A DNA stretch of 22,420 nucleotides from NCBI GenBank assembly GCA_964236955.1, contig CAXSGP010000081.1:1-22420 (forward strand). The letters are read 5' to 3'. Both the position numbers and the translations under genes were made by a program. The notes under the pieces are model-generated. The model saw only the letters and a list, made by a program, of their open reading frames with translations, was not told the origin of the DNA and did not search any database. Origin of the DNA: an uncultured Oligoflexus sp. Lineage in GTDB: Bacteria > Bdellovibrionota_B > Oligoflexia > Oligoflexales > Oligoflexaceae. Shown piece by piece: positions 1-8,611 of the stretch. The first letter of the stretch is position 1; each line of letters begins with the position of its first letter.

Positions 1-295
1 AAACTGAATTCCATCGACCGAAGGCTTGAGGCAGATCACGCCAGGGACATCCAAAATCACTGCAAATGAACTCTGCTTCACTTTACGAATATCTGTTTTA
101 TGACGGATTTTCCACAGCCGAAAGTACCACGGACATAAGTGGACGCGGCGTAGGCATGAGCGCCATGAGGGCGGCTGCAGAGGCAGTTGGTGGAACTTTT
201 TGGTCTATACTTCGATACCGGGTGAAGGGACCGAATTTAGGCTTGTCGTACCAATGACGATGCGACCGTTATCAGCCTTACGCAAAGTCTCTTGA
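1..295 (+). pseudogene. 3' end of a CheA-type histidine kinase (HATPase_c, no CheW domain), frameshifted as given; pseudogene or sequencing indels
   Basis: Frame 3 reads LFYDGFSTAESTTDISGRGVGMSAMRAAAEAVGGTF (CheA F/G2 boxes). After the T5 run at 197-201 the expected tail VYTSIPGEGTEFRLVVPMTMRPLSALRKVS* is in frame 2 (203-295). Frame 3 also has a TGA at 27-29. The gene runs off the window's left edge. Confidence 0.75.
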
Positions 296-517
296 TTTTT
301 GCATGTCATTGTTTTGGCTCCTGGGATTGCGACCGAAGAGTCCGGAGCCTCTATTTTTACAGGAAAGGATGTTTCAAGGCTATTTTTCCCTCGTGGTTAT
401 GGCCGATCAAGCATATCATGAAAAAATTGGTCGATTTGCTCAGAAAATTCTTTCAAATTTTGGTAATTGTACCTGTATCGATCTTCGGTGCAGGGAAAAA
501 CCGATAGGATCTGCCTT

Positions 518-994
518 ATGCCGCCAGTCTTTCTTGGATTTCTCTTGCTGCTCGTTTTAGGGAGCTCGTGCGCAACAGCTTTTCATTCTTATGAAGACAC
601 GGTGCTTCTGAGATCGGATGATCCCGATTCTCTGCTCAATGCCTCGGTGTGGGTCAATGGCCGGCCCGGGAAAGTTAAAACCTTGAAGCTCAGCGAAAAA
701 TCGGAACGCGGCTGGGGAGAATATTTGGCCGTTAACAATCAAGATCCCTACTTGATGGGTCCAGGGCTCGGGCAGATTAGGATTGAGCGTTCAATCTCCC
801 GCCGTGAGCAGATTATCGTCGTTCGCAAAGACGGCTTTCGGGATCAGCGCTTTGTCCTTCACCGCCATGCCAGTGGATACTTCTATTTGAATATTCTCAA
901 TGGAATTGGCTTTCTTGTGGATCTTTATTCGGGATTCATGTGGAACTACGAGCCGGATACCCTGGAACTCAAATTTGTCGCGGAAAAATCATGA
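518..994 (+). CDS. Lipoprotein, PEGA-like domain with C-terminal hydrophobic 'GxxVDxxSG' segment
   Basis: ATG at 518 gives signal peptide MPPVFLGFLLLLVLGSSC (lipobox Cys). ASVWVNG...IVVRKDGF is PEGA-like. Tail YLNILNGIGFLVDLYSGFMWNYEP. The stop overlaps the next start (ATGA). Confidence 0.7.
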   Translation: MPPVFLGFLLLLVLGSSCATAFHSYEDTVLLRSDDPDSLLNASVWVNGRPGKVKTLKLSEKSERGWGEYLAVNNQDPYLMGPGLGQIRIERSISRREQIIVVRKDGFRDQRFVLHRHASGYFYLNILNGIGFLVDLYSGFMWNYEPDTLELKFVAEKS

Positions 995-2607
995 TGAATA
1001 TCTCCCATCACTGGTCCTTGGTGTCTGGCTGCTTTCTGCTGGGCTGCGTGCATACTCATGACGTCGCCGAGCAAGCGGACTACCAGCCCAGTATTTTCGA
1101 ATATCGAAGGGGGCGTGCTGACCTTGCCCTCCAGCGTTTTCCGAAAGAGGAAAAGGGTGGATTTATAACAAGTCTGGAAAGATCTTGGCTGGCCTTAATC
1201 GACGGCCGGCCCGATGACGAAAAAATCATGTCATTTGGCAAAGATTTGGAAAAGCTGCAAAGCCTTGATGTTAGCGATGAGCTTGTGTCGACATTCTACA
1301 AAGAAAATATAGACAGATACTATCCTGCTGAACATGAGGCCGTGATTTTACATCTCATCACAGCCATGATCTTCTTGAAAAAAGACCAGCAGGAAGCTGC
1401 AAAGGTCGAACTGCGACGCGGTGCACGCTATCTGCAGAGTGGATACGGAAAGAATCGAACCGTCACGGACAGTGCCTCCTTGCGGATATGGCTGGCGGCG
1501 CTCTGGTATGCAGCCGGCGATTATGAGGCCGCCCATATCGATCTTCGAGCGGCGATGCGTCTGGCCCCGGATAAAGACTGGATCGGGCAGCTGATCATTC
1601 CGCAGGGTCAACCGGTTCAGCTGCATTTGGTTTTTTCTGGCATTGGCCCCTCTCTGGTTTGGAAACCTTTAGGGGGTGAATCAGCCAACCCAATCGCCAA
1701 TCTTCAGTTTTTACCGAGCAGGCAAGGCGGTGCCTTGGACCTTCAAAGCTTAAAAGGCACTATTCATCTCAGTCATTTTTTAGTTACTGAAGATTGGTAC
1801 ACACGCCACCAAACGAAGAACCAGCAATTGGCCTACGTTTTGAGAGGCGCTAACTATGCGGGCAAGGCGGCCGTGATTGCTGGTGCATCGAGTCTCAACA
1901 CAATAGGAGCGGTGTCGCTAGGGGTCCTGGTCGCAAGCGGAGGGATTGCGGGGGGCGCCCTCCTTGCTTTTCAGGTAGGCGGCGAAGTCGGTGCCTCTCT
2001 TGGTTTAGGCATGGCTTATACAGGCTGGAGCGCAGCGAGCAATTTGATAGATAGCGCAAATAGGAAAAGTTCGGAGTTCTTGGAGACTGGCTTAGGAGAA
2101 ACAGAAACCTATCGCTTTGTGCGCTTTCTTCCCGACGTCATTCATGTTTATCGCGGGGAACTTGAAGTTCGGGACGACAGTACGAAAACCTTTCTACGCC
2201 TTGGGAATTCGCATAACGCTGTGACCTTTAGTTACCATCCCGACGTTAGTGGCTCGGCCATTGAAGAGAAAACCGTAGGCAGACATTTCTATCATGATGG
2301 AAAAGTCTGGCGGTTTCGGACGGAGATCGCCTCGCTTGAGACCGCAGTCAGGGCCTGTGAGGAGATGGAGTGGCAAGGTGAGAAAGGTCACCTGCCGCAG
2401 CTATCGCAGCTGCGCAGTGCTTTGGAGGCAGCCCATTCCCCCGAAGGACTTTACCCCAAGCAGACGCTGGCCGAGCTTGGTCAGTTTAAGGCGTTTTGGA
2501 TCGAAGGTCCGAAGATTTGGAGTCCGAGTGCCTATGAAGGGGATCAGGCGACTTTGCTTTGCTATTTTAATGCGAAGCCACCCCACCCTGTGCAAAGCGG
2601 CCAGTGA
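991..2607 (+). CDS. COG3014-like TPR lipoprotein with glycine-zipper segment and extra C-terminal module
   Basis: ATG 991 (or 994) overlaps the upstream TGA. Lipobox FLLGC. Motif YYPAEHEAVILHLITAMIFL...EAAKVELRR resembles COG3014. Gly/Ala-rich hydrophobic stretch at ~1861-2040. C-terminal AVRACEEM...HLPQLSQL resembles DUF1566/Lcl. Confidence 0.65.
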   Translation: MMNISHHWSLVSGCFLLGCVHTHDVAEQADYQPSIFEYRRGRADLALQRFPKEEKGGFITSLERSWLALIDGRPDDEKIMSFGKDLEKLQSLDVSDELVSTFYKENIDRYYPAEHEAVILHLITAMIFLKKDQQEAAKVELRRGARYLQSGYGKNRTVTDSASLRIWLAALWYAAGDYEAAHIDLRAAMRLAPDKDWIGQLIIPQGQPVQLHLVFSGIGPSLVWKPLGGESANPIANLQFLPSRQGGALDLQSLKGTIHLSHFLVTEDWYTRHQTKNQQLAYVLRGANYAGKAAVIAGASSLNTIGAVSLGVLVASGGIAGGALLAFQVGGEVGASLGLGMAYTGWSAASNLIDSANRKSSEFLETGLGETETYRFVRFLPDVIHVYRGELEVRDDSTKTFLRLGNSHNAVTFSYHPDVSGSAIEEKTVGRHFYHDGKVWRFRTEIASLETAVRACEEMEWQGEKGHLPQLSQLRSALEAAHSPEGLYPKQTLAELGQFKAFWIEGPKIWSPSAYEGDQATLLCYFNAKPPHPVQSGQ

Positions 2608-2665
2608 ACGATACGATTAATTGGGAATCAAGCTGCGAAGGGGACACGACTCCCTCCACTGACTC

Positions 2666-2883
2666 CTAGCCCTTTAAGCTCGTCGATACCACTTCGTGAA
2701 CATCATTCGATAGTGGGTTATGCTGGGAAATACGCCTTAGCTCCGCTTTTATCAAATCCTGACGGACCGGATCAAATTTTTGAAAACGGCTTAAAAGCCC
2801 GGCGAGCTTCGCTGCGACCTGCGAGTTGCTAGCTGACGATAGTCGGAAAGTCGAATCGCTTTGATTTCGTCACGGTTTTTCAT
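2666..2883 (-). pseudogene. pepN: Aminopeptidase N pseudogene with large internal deletion (N- and C-terminal remnants fused out of frame)
   Basis: ATG at 2883 with AAAGG upstream gives MKNRDEIKAIRLSDYRQ (PepN N-terminal 'I.L.DY' motif). In another frame, 2827-2666 reads NSQVAAKLAGLLSRFQKFDPVRQDLIKAELRRISQHNPLSNDVHEVVSTSLKG*, matching the PepN C-terminus (NPQVA..L...RQ...KAEL.RI....LS.DV.EVVS.SL). Not in the supplied ORF track. Confidence 0.85.
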
Positions 2884-2893
2884 AAGCTGCCTT

Positions 2894-4294
2894 TCAGAAT
2901 GAGGCCAAACGTCGACGCATCGCGACAAAAGCGAATAATAAGAGACAGGCCGCCACCAGAATTTCCTTGTGATCGCGAAGCAATTCGAGGAATAAAACGG
3001 GTGCCCAAAGTGCGGCGCGAGTGGCAGCCTTAGCCCAGGAATGGGCCGCTATCCAGTCGGCGAGCGGCGGGCTGTTGCGATAGTAAGAACGTACAAATTG
3101 TCTGCCTAATCTGCTCTTTAGCAAATAGCGATCCCGAAACCACCGTAGAACATCGATATGCGGATCGAGAGCGGAGCCATAGGCCGCCGTTGCTATAAAG
3201 CAAGACGGGTCACCCGCTTTGGGAGCCGGGCCACCCTGAAGCTGAACGAGTGTAGCGGCGTCAGCGGGTGTGCTTAAGACGCAGGAGTAAGCGGTTCCCT
3301 CCGGCAAATATTGAAGGACTATCGCGTACGGGCCGTCGTCGATATTTACATTATCGAAGCCGATACTGTTTTTAGTAATATCAGTCGTGCTGCTGCGGAT
3401 GCCCTGCGATGTAAACGCCTCGATATCAAAGGTTGTCGAAGTTTGATTACAGGACACACTGCAGGTTTCATTATTTGGATCCACAGTATTTGTTGCAATG
3501 GTGCAGGTTGCTGTCTGGTTATCAGGAGTGGCGGGATCAAACGGATTGGCGACAAAGACTTTGGCCGGAAATACTGCGCTTGCCAGGATATTAGCATGAG
3601 GAATCAGAATTCCAATGATTCCATTGGCTGATCCTGTTGAGTTATCCACAAAAGTCACCTGCGGTAAATTTTCCCAGGTCGCGGCTATAGTTTTTGGGGT
3701 TGAGAAAGCGCCGGTAGTCTTGACGGCATCTTTGACTCCCGAGCCCAATTTCACCAAGGTATCGATTTTATCCTTATTGCCATTGGCAGAAGCTTTCTCG
3801 GGGAAAAGTCTGAGTAAGATTTTTGAACCGACTGCAATTTCACCGCTGTCCTTGATAAGGATTTCGATCTTGTAGGAACGGATCTGGGGGACTTTCGGGT
3901 CTTCGACTATCGTCGTGCCGTTGCTGTTAAAATTTGCAACCTGCGTCTGTGAGGTAAAGCTTTCAGGTTGAGGAGCAGGTAACCTACCGATTTGATACTT
4001 AACTTTGATATCGGTTTCGCCGCAGGAGCTTTGCGTGGAAGTGGCCGGGGTAAGACAGATATCTAAAAAGTTGGCCATTGCCTGCTGAATGCGTGCCGAT
4101 TCTATAGCCGATATGCCAAGAGCTGAATTATCGGTAGGAGTCACACTCTTCAGATTGACAGTGAGAAGGACCTGCGAACTGATCGTCCGATCGCGTACCG
4201 CTGTGACCACATCGAAGTCCAGAGCGGACGCTGAACTTGAGAGGCCTGCTAGCAATGCAAGGAAAGAGGCAAGAATGATGCTAGGTCTAAACAC
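2894..4294 (-). CDS. Secreted/surface protein with C-terminal CFI-box-CTERM domain
   Basis: GTG start and Sec signal peptide (..SSSASA). Thr/Asn-rich beta-type ectodomain with several Cys. [14 protein letters not shown]...LRWFRDRYL...[19 protein letters not shown] is the CFI-box motif. Terminal TM helix followed by RRR. Confidence 0.88.
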   Translation of the reverse strand: MFRPSIILASFLALLAGLSSSASALDFDVVTAVRDRTISSQVLLTVNLKSVTPTDNSALGISAIESARIQQAMANFLDICLTPATSTQSSCGETDIKVKYQIGRLPAPQPESFTSQTQVANFNSNGTTIVEDPKVPQIRSYKIEILIKDSGEIAVGSKILLRLFPEKASANGNKDKIDTLVKLGSGVKDAVKTTGAFSTPKTIAATWENLPQVTFVDNSTGSANGIIGILIPHANILASAVFPAKVFVANPFDPATPDNQTATCTIATNTVDPNNETCSVSCNQTSTTFDIEAFTSQGIRSSTTDITKNSIGFDNVNIDDGPYAIVLQYLPEGTAYSCVLSTPADAATLVQLQGGPAPKAGDPSCFIATAAYGSALDPHIDVLRWFRDRYLLKSRLGRQFVRSYYRNSPPLADWIAAHSWAKAATRAALWAPVLFLELLRDHKEILVAACLLLFAFVAMRRRLASF

Positions 4295-4343
4295 AGGAGA
4301 TCTCGCTTTCTAGGGGTGCGTTGAGGTCATTTGTGTCCTGCGC

Positions 4344-4373
4344 ATCTTCTCTAGGAACGGTCTGTTGTGTCAA
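4344..4373 (-). promoter_or_regulatory. Possible sigma70 promoter of the CFI-box gene (and the former pepN operon)
   Basis: Perfect TTGACA on the minus strand (4373-4368), 18-nt spacer, weak -10 GAAGAT. Confidence 0.3.
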
Positions 4374-4403
4374 GCAGCTTGCAAGGCCTCTCGAAAGCCG
4401 AGG

Positions 4404-5405
4404 CTATTTTAGTTGCTTTCGCGGGGTGAGTTTTTTGAGATCGAATTCCATGCCATCATAGGCCAGTTGAATGGCCGGACCTTCGGGCTGTTTAAGCTTG
4501 GTCCAAACTTCCTGATAATAGCTGAGCTGTTTATTGCGGTGATCGATGGCCTGGGCCAGCATAGTTCGCTCTTTATCCTCCGATGCTCTTGGATCGTGAT
4601 GCGTGATAATGAGATTGCGAATTCCCTCCCGCAGGGCAAGTTCCACCCCAATAGGTGGGCTACAATGCCCCCAATCATATCGACTTGCCAATTCGTCCAT
4701 CTCATACTGACCATCAAAAATAAGAAGGTCGAGATTTTGGTAAAATTCTAAATCCTTGCCGAGATCTTTAGGAGTGATTCTTTTGTACTCACTATCCACA
4801 CCGATTGATAAAGAGTAGCCATCGACTTCAAAGCGATAGCCAAAAGATCCGCCGGGATGATCGAGGGCAAAAGCAGTCACTGATAGCTCATCAAATTTGA
4901 TAGGTTGATACTGGGTAATCTGCTTGAATTCTATCTGAGCCCCCAGGGTGTCCCATTTGACCGGAAAATTGACGCCGTTGAATTGGATCTTTATAAACTC
5001 GGGGGCATGAGGGTGTACATGGTAGATCGTTACTTTAGTGCCCGGCATATAGATCGGGACAAAAAAGGGCATCCCCATAATATGGTCCCAATGCAAATGA
5101 GTCACAAAAACGTGAAATTCACTACGCCCTTGAGCCATGACTTCCGACGAGGCTTCGGCAAAGCCGGTGCCCATATCGACAAATATGCGATGGTTTTTAT
5201 AAATAATTTCATTACAGGTCGTATTGCCCCCAAACACCAGCGGAGTCGAGAGATCGCCGTCGCGGAGGGCGTTACGGAATTCGCTAATGGAACTAAGCCC
5301 AGCCCTTTCAGCATCCTTAGCGTACTTGTCTACCAGACCGACGAAAGTCGCGTTGGTTATGGCACGGGGTAAGGATCCTCGGGTTCCCCACATGTGTATT
5401 TTCAA
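4404..5405 (-). CDS. MBL-fold metallo-hydrolase (TaR3-like / PhnP-related phosphodiesterase family)
   Basis: TTG start. Motifs WGTRGS.P, GGNTTC, DMGTG, THLHWDH (HxHxDH), HPGG..GYR, DGQY, WGH, THHDP. Confidence 0.88.
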   Translation of the reverse strand: MKIHMWGTRGSLPRAITNATFVGLVDKYAKDAERAGLSSISEFRNALRDGDLSTPLVFGGNTTCNEIIYKNHRIFVDMGTGFAEASSEVMAQGRSEFHVFVTHLHWDHIMGMPFFVPIYMPGTKVTIYHVHPHAPEFIKIQFNGVNFPVKWDTLGAQIEFKQITQYQPIKFDELSVTAFALDHPGGSFGYRFEVDGYSLSIGVDSEYKRITPKDLGKDLEFYQNLDLLIFDGQYEMDELASRYDWGHCSPPIGVELALREGIRNLIITHHDPRASEDKERTMLAQAIDHRNKQLSYYQEVWTKLKQPEGPAIQLAYDGMEFDLKKLTPRKQLK

Positions 5406-5563
5406 GACGGACCCCTTCAGCTTAGTCGTAATCGGTATAATAGAATCTTAGCAAAGCAGCGTTCAGAGTACTATATGTTGATATATTGGCGCTTTTGCTT
5501 TTGTCTCAAAGGCCTCCATTATGGCCGCTACCGCTTCGGAACAGAGACAGCGCGTTTTTGGGC

Positions 5564-5592
5564 TAGAAAGTCAGCCAGTACTTTGCTATAGA
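5564..5592 (+). promoter_or_regulatory. Putative sigma70 promoter of rpsP operon
   Basis: TAGAAA, 17-nt spacer, TATAGA with extended -10 TG (5584-5585), about 90 nt upstream of the rpsP ATG. SD GGAG precedes the ATG. Confidence 0.45.
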
Positions 5593-5682
5593 GTTGTTCC
5601 TTATAGGAATCGGCACACCCACAAGGTCGTGCAACTGAAATCTGTTGCTGACAGATCAGACACCTGAGAGAATGGAGTTATA

Positions 5683-5949
5683 ATGCTGACCTTACGTTTA
5701 CAGCGCCACGGTTCAACACATCGCCCTTTTTACCATATCGTTGCTACTGATTCCCGTAACGCCCGCGATGGTAAATTCATCGAAAAACTCGGCTATTATG
5801 ATCCAAATGCCGAGCCTTCGATCATTGAGCTTAAAGTTGACCGCGCTACTTACTGGTATGAGCGCGGCGCAAATGTATCAACAGCTGTGGCCAGTATCTT
5901 CCGTGCGAAAAGCATCAAGCTTGAGCGCGCTCAAACACATAAGCATTAA
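5683..5949 (+). CDS. rpsP: 30S ribosomal protein S16
   Basis: LRLQRHG...PFYHIVATDSRNARDGKFIEKLGYYDP...YWYERGA; canonical S16. Confidence 0.98.
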   Translation: MLTLRLQRHGSTHRPFYHIVATDSRNARDGKFIEKLGYYDPNAEPSIIELKVDRATYWYERGANVSTAVASIFRAKSIKLERAQTHKH

Positions 5950-5963
5950 TCGCTAGGGACGCT

Positions 5964-6494
5964 GTGAAAAAACGGTGGATTCAGCTAGGCATCGTTGGAA
6001 AGCCCCATGGGCTCAACGGTGCGTTTTTCGTTTCCCAAAGGGATGAAGAACTTCCGGAAGAACTAAAAGTTTTACGCATTGGTCCTGATGCTGAGAAGGC
6101 TAAGACCTATACGATTAAAAATACCCGCTGGCAAAGTGAACGCCCTGTCCTCCATTGCCTTGAAATCTCAAGCCGCGAAGGCGCCGAAGCCATCTGCCAT
6201 CAGCCCCTCTGGGCGGATCGCGACAGTATGGAAATTGACGAAGACGAAGAGTACTTCTGGAGCGACGTCATTGGCAAAAAAATCAAAGACAGAGATGGCG
6301 TGTATATAGGCTCTATCACTGATGTTGTCAATTATGGTGCCTCCGATATCGTGACGGTGGTCGACGCCAAAGGTCGTATTGCGGAAATTCCTTTTGTTGA
6401 TGCCTATTTTGACATGGAATTCGAGCACGGCAGTGAAGAGATTCAGATGACGGTCCTCGCGGAAGTCTTCGACGATGTGTGGACGGAAGAGTGA
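5964..6494 (+). CDS. rimM: 16S rRNA processing protein RimM
   Basis: LGIVGKPHGLNG, EEYFWSDVIG, YGASDI, EIPFV; lies between rpsP and trmD. Confidence 0.95.
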   Translation: MKKRWIQLGIVGKPHGLNGAFFVSQRDEELPEELKVLRIGPDAEKAKTYTIKNTRWQSERPVLHCLEISSREGAEAICHQPLWADRDSMEIDEDEEYFWSDVIGKKIKDRDGVYIGSITDVVNYGASDIVTVVDAKGRIAEIPFVDAYFDMEFEHGSEEIQMTVLAEVFDDVWTEE

Positions 6495-7195
6495 GAACTT
6501 TTGCCTTTATCACGGTTCATCCCCAATTTATCGATGCCTACACAAAATTTGGTGTGTTTCGCACTGCAGAACGGGCCTCTATTGCCATTGATTCCATTAA
6601 CCTGCGGCAGTTTGCTGTCGATAAACATGGATCGGTAGACGATAATCCCTTTGGTGGCGGTGATGGCATGGTCCTCAGGCCGGAACCCCTGGTAGCGGCC
6701 CTTGAGCCCTTCAAAAAGCCTCGCACGGTGTTCGTCACGAGCCCCAGCGGTAGACCCTGGACTCAAAATGATGCGGCGAAATACGCTCAAAGCGACAACG
6801 ATCTCATCTTTATTTCCGGGCGTTTTGCCGGTATAGACGATAGGTTTTTGACACAATATGTCGATGAGGAGATTTCCCTCGGCGATTTTGTTATTTCCGG
6901 TGGTGAATTAGCCTGCCTGACGCTCGCGGATTCTATTCTGCGATTGATTCCGGGCGTACTGGGAAATCAGCAAAGTGCAAAAGAAGATTCCTTTGGCAGC
7001 GATCTTAAAAATCTCCTGGAATACCCTCTCTATACGCGGCCCCTGGAATTTGAGGGCCAGCGGGTCCCCGATGTTCTCCTCTCAGGTGATCATCAAAAGA
7101 TCACCGACTGGCGTCGCGCGGAAGCTTTAAAAAAGACCGAGCGTTTAAGGCCGGATCTATTCGCCATGTTCCAAAGCCAAACAAAGAAAAAATAG
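6491..7195 (+). CDS. trmD: tRNA (guanine37-N1)-methyltransferase TrmD
   Basis: GTGA overlap with the rimM stop. Motifs VDDNPFGGGDGMVLRPEP, SPSG, EISLGDFVISGGE, RLIPGVLG, EDSF, LLEYPLYTRP, VPDVLLSGDH. Confidence 0.97.
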   Translation: MRTFAFITVHPQFIDAYTKFGVFRTAERASIAIDSINLRQFAVDKHGSVDDNPFGGGDGMVLRPEPLVAALEPFKKPRTVFVTSPSGRPWTQNDAAKYAQSDNDLIFISGRFAGIDDRFLTQYVDEEISLGDFVISGGELACLTLADSILRLIPGVLGNQQSAKEDSFGSDLKNLLEYPLYTRPLEFEGQRVPDVLLSGDHQKITDWRRAEALKKTERLRPDLFAMFQSQTKKK

Positions 7196-7227
7196 CTGAA
7201 TTGCTTTTCTAAGCACTCGATCGCCGA

Positions 7228-8598
7228 TCAGGCCTTCTGGGCGGCTTCGAGTCGTGCAAAGACCAAGGTCAGGCATGATAGGGTTTTGCCTTTGCTTAAG
7301 AGTGCAGATTCCAGGATCTGTTTAAGCTCGGGGTCATGACGGAGACCAACGGCCTCAGCAAAAACCGGCCTGTCCATGCTCGTATGGATCGGACTTATCA
7401 GCAGATTCTTTAAGTCTTTGCTTTCAAAATTGCTGGGAAAAATGGCCCCCAAACGGGCGAGGCGCTGCAAGGATTCTGGTCTTAGGGATTTTGCTGCCTG
7501 GTCAAACGCCTGGGCCCCCGCCTTGCCTTCGAGGGTCCTCAAAAAATTAGCCCACAGTGCAAAACGCATCGTAAGCGGGATACGGTTCGTTTCGCTATAG
7601 GAAAACCAGGCTTTGGGCGGCATTCTCAGGCGCCAACGCGTTGGCAATTTTGATGGCGCGAGGGCTTTGCCGTTTAAGGGTGAACCACCCCTTTTTCTCA
7701 AGTAGATCTCGAAGTTGTTTTCAAATCGGCGATCGAGCGCCCTCTCCTCCAGTTCCCTTAGGCTGGGACATGTAAGTAAAGGATTGGCCAGATCGTCAAG
7801 TTCCGCATAGCGATCAAAAAGTCCGAGGGTATCCAGGCCCGCCTTTTCAAAAGCCTGAGACCAGTATTCCCAAGACAGTCTAGCCTCTCTTGCATGAAAA
7901 AAGGTATCCACGAAACGGGCGGAATGATGAAAGATGCCAGCCTTCATAGGCGTAAGACGTTGCTGAAAAAAAGGGCTGATGACGCTGAGCCTTTTGAGCA
8001 GGCGAACCGCCGCGTCAAGATCCTTGCGATCATAGGCGGAGAGGCCGCAAAGGGCAAAAGCTCTTTGCAGGTGATGGATCCAGCTCCGGGCTTCCTTGTT
8101 GTAGACCATCACCCGCATCGTTGCCCCGGGCAACATCAGAGCACTGAGTCTTTGCAGAGTAAGGGCGGGGTTCGCCAAATGATGCAACACTCCATAACTA
8201 TCGACATGGGCCAGGTCCCGGGGCAGCGCAAAGGTCTGATCTTCAAGATTGCCGGCCTGCCACGTAAAGGCATGCGGACGAAATACCGAACGCAGTCGGG
8301 CCCGGCGAAGATTCGTTTCAGATAGATCGACAGCATGAAGCTTGTGGGTTTCAGGCTCCCAAAAGGAGAGGATAAAGGGTAGGATGTCGCCGCTTCCGGC
8401 AATTAAAATGCGAATGTCCTTTAGCTCGAACACAGGAGCGACAAGGCCTTTTTCCCTGGCTAGATGGGCGCTAAAAAGAGAATGGGAGGCATAGGCCTCC
8501 TGAGTGCGCAGAGGAATGTAGAAGCTATAATCGGGATAAGGATATTCCTCATACTGAAGCTTGACCCGAGCGCTGATATCAAGGGCTGTGAAGTCCAT
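7228..8598 (-). CDS. Class I SAM-dependent methyltransferase ('QYEEYPYP' family)
   Basis: Start re-placed at ATG 8598 (AGGAG SD, 13 nt after the upstream stop). Motifs QYEEYPYP, ILIAGSG (motif I variant), VDLSE, GVLHHLANP...LMLPGATMRVMVY, DTFFHARE. Confidence 0.85.
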   Translation of the reverse strand: MDFTALDISARVKLQYEEYPYPDYSFYIPLRTQEAYASHSLFSAHLAREKGLVAPVFELKDIRILIAGSGDILPFILSFWEPETHKLHAVDLSETNLRRARLRSVFRPHAFTWQAGNLEDQTFALPRDLAHVDSYGVLHHLANPALTLQRLSALMLPGATMRVMVYNKEARSWIHHLQRAFALCGLSAYDRKDLDAAVRLLKRLSVISPFFQQRLTPMKAGIFHHSARFVDTFFHAREARLSWEYWSQAFEKAGLDTLGLFDRYAELDDLANPLLTCPSLRELEERALDRRFENNFEIYLRKRGGSPLNGKALAPSKLPTRWRLRMPPKAWFSYSETNRIPLTMRFALWANFLRTLEGKAGAQAFDQAAKSLRPESLQRLARLGAIFPSNFESKDLKNLLISPIHTSMDRPVFAEAVGLRHDPELKQILESALLSKGKTLSCLTLVFARLEAAQKA

Positions 8599-8611
8599 TC
8601 CGTGGCTCCTC

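Noticed and set aside
292..560. Short ORFs 292-507 and 303-560, and a sigma28-like CCGATA at 501-506
   Set aside because: No protein-like motifs, and no convincing -35 for the CCGATA. Treated as intergenic.
2666..2827. pepN 3' fragment as an att-site duplication of an integrated element
   Set aside because: The 5' end of pepN is directly adjacent and there is no integrase or island in the window, so internal deletion fits better.
2791..2883. 30-aa small ORF MKNRDEIK...SPGF (-) as a novel small protein
   Set aside because: Better explained as the pepN N-terminus reading out of frame past the deletion junction.
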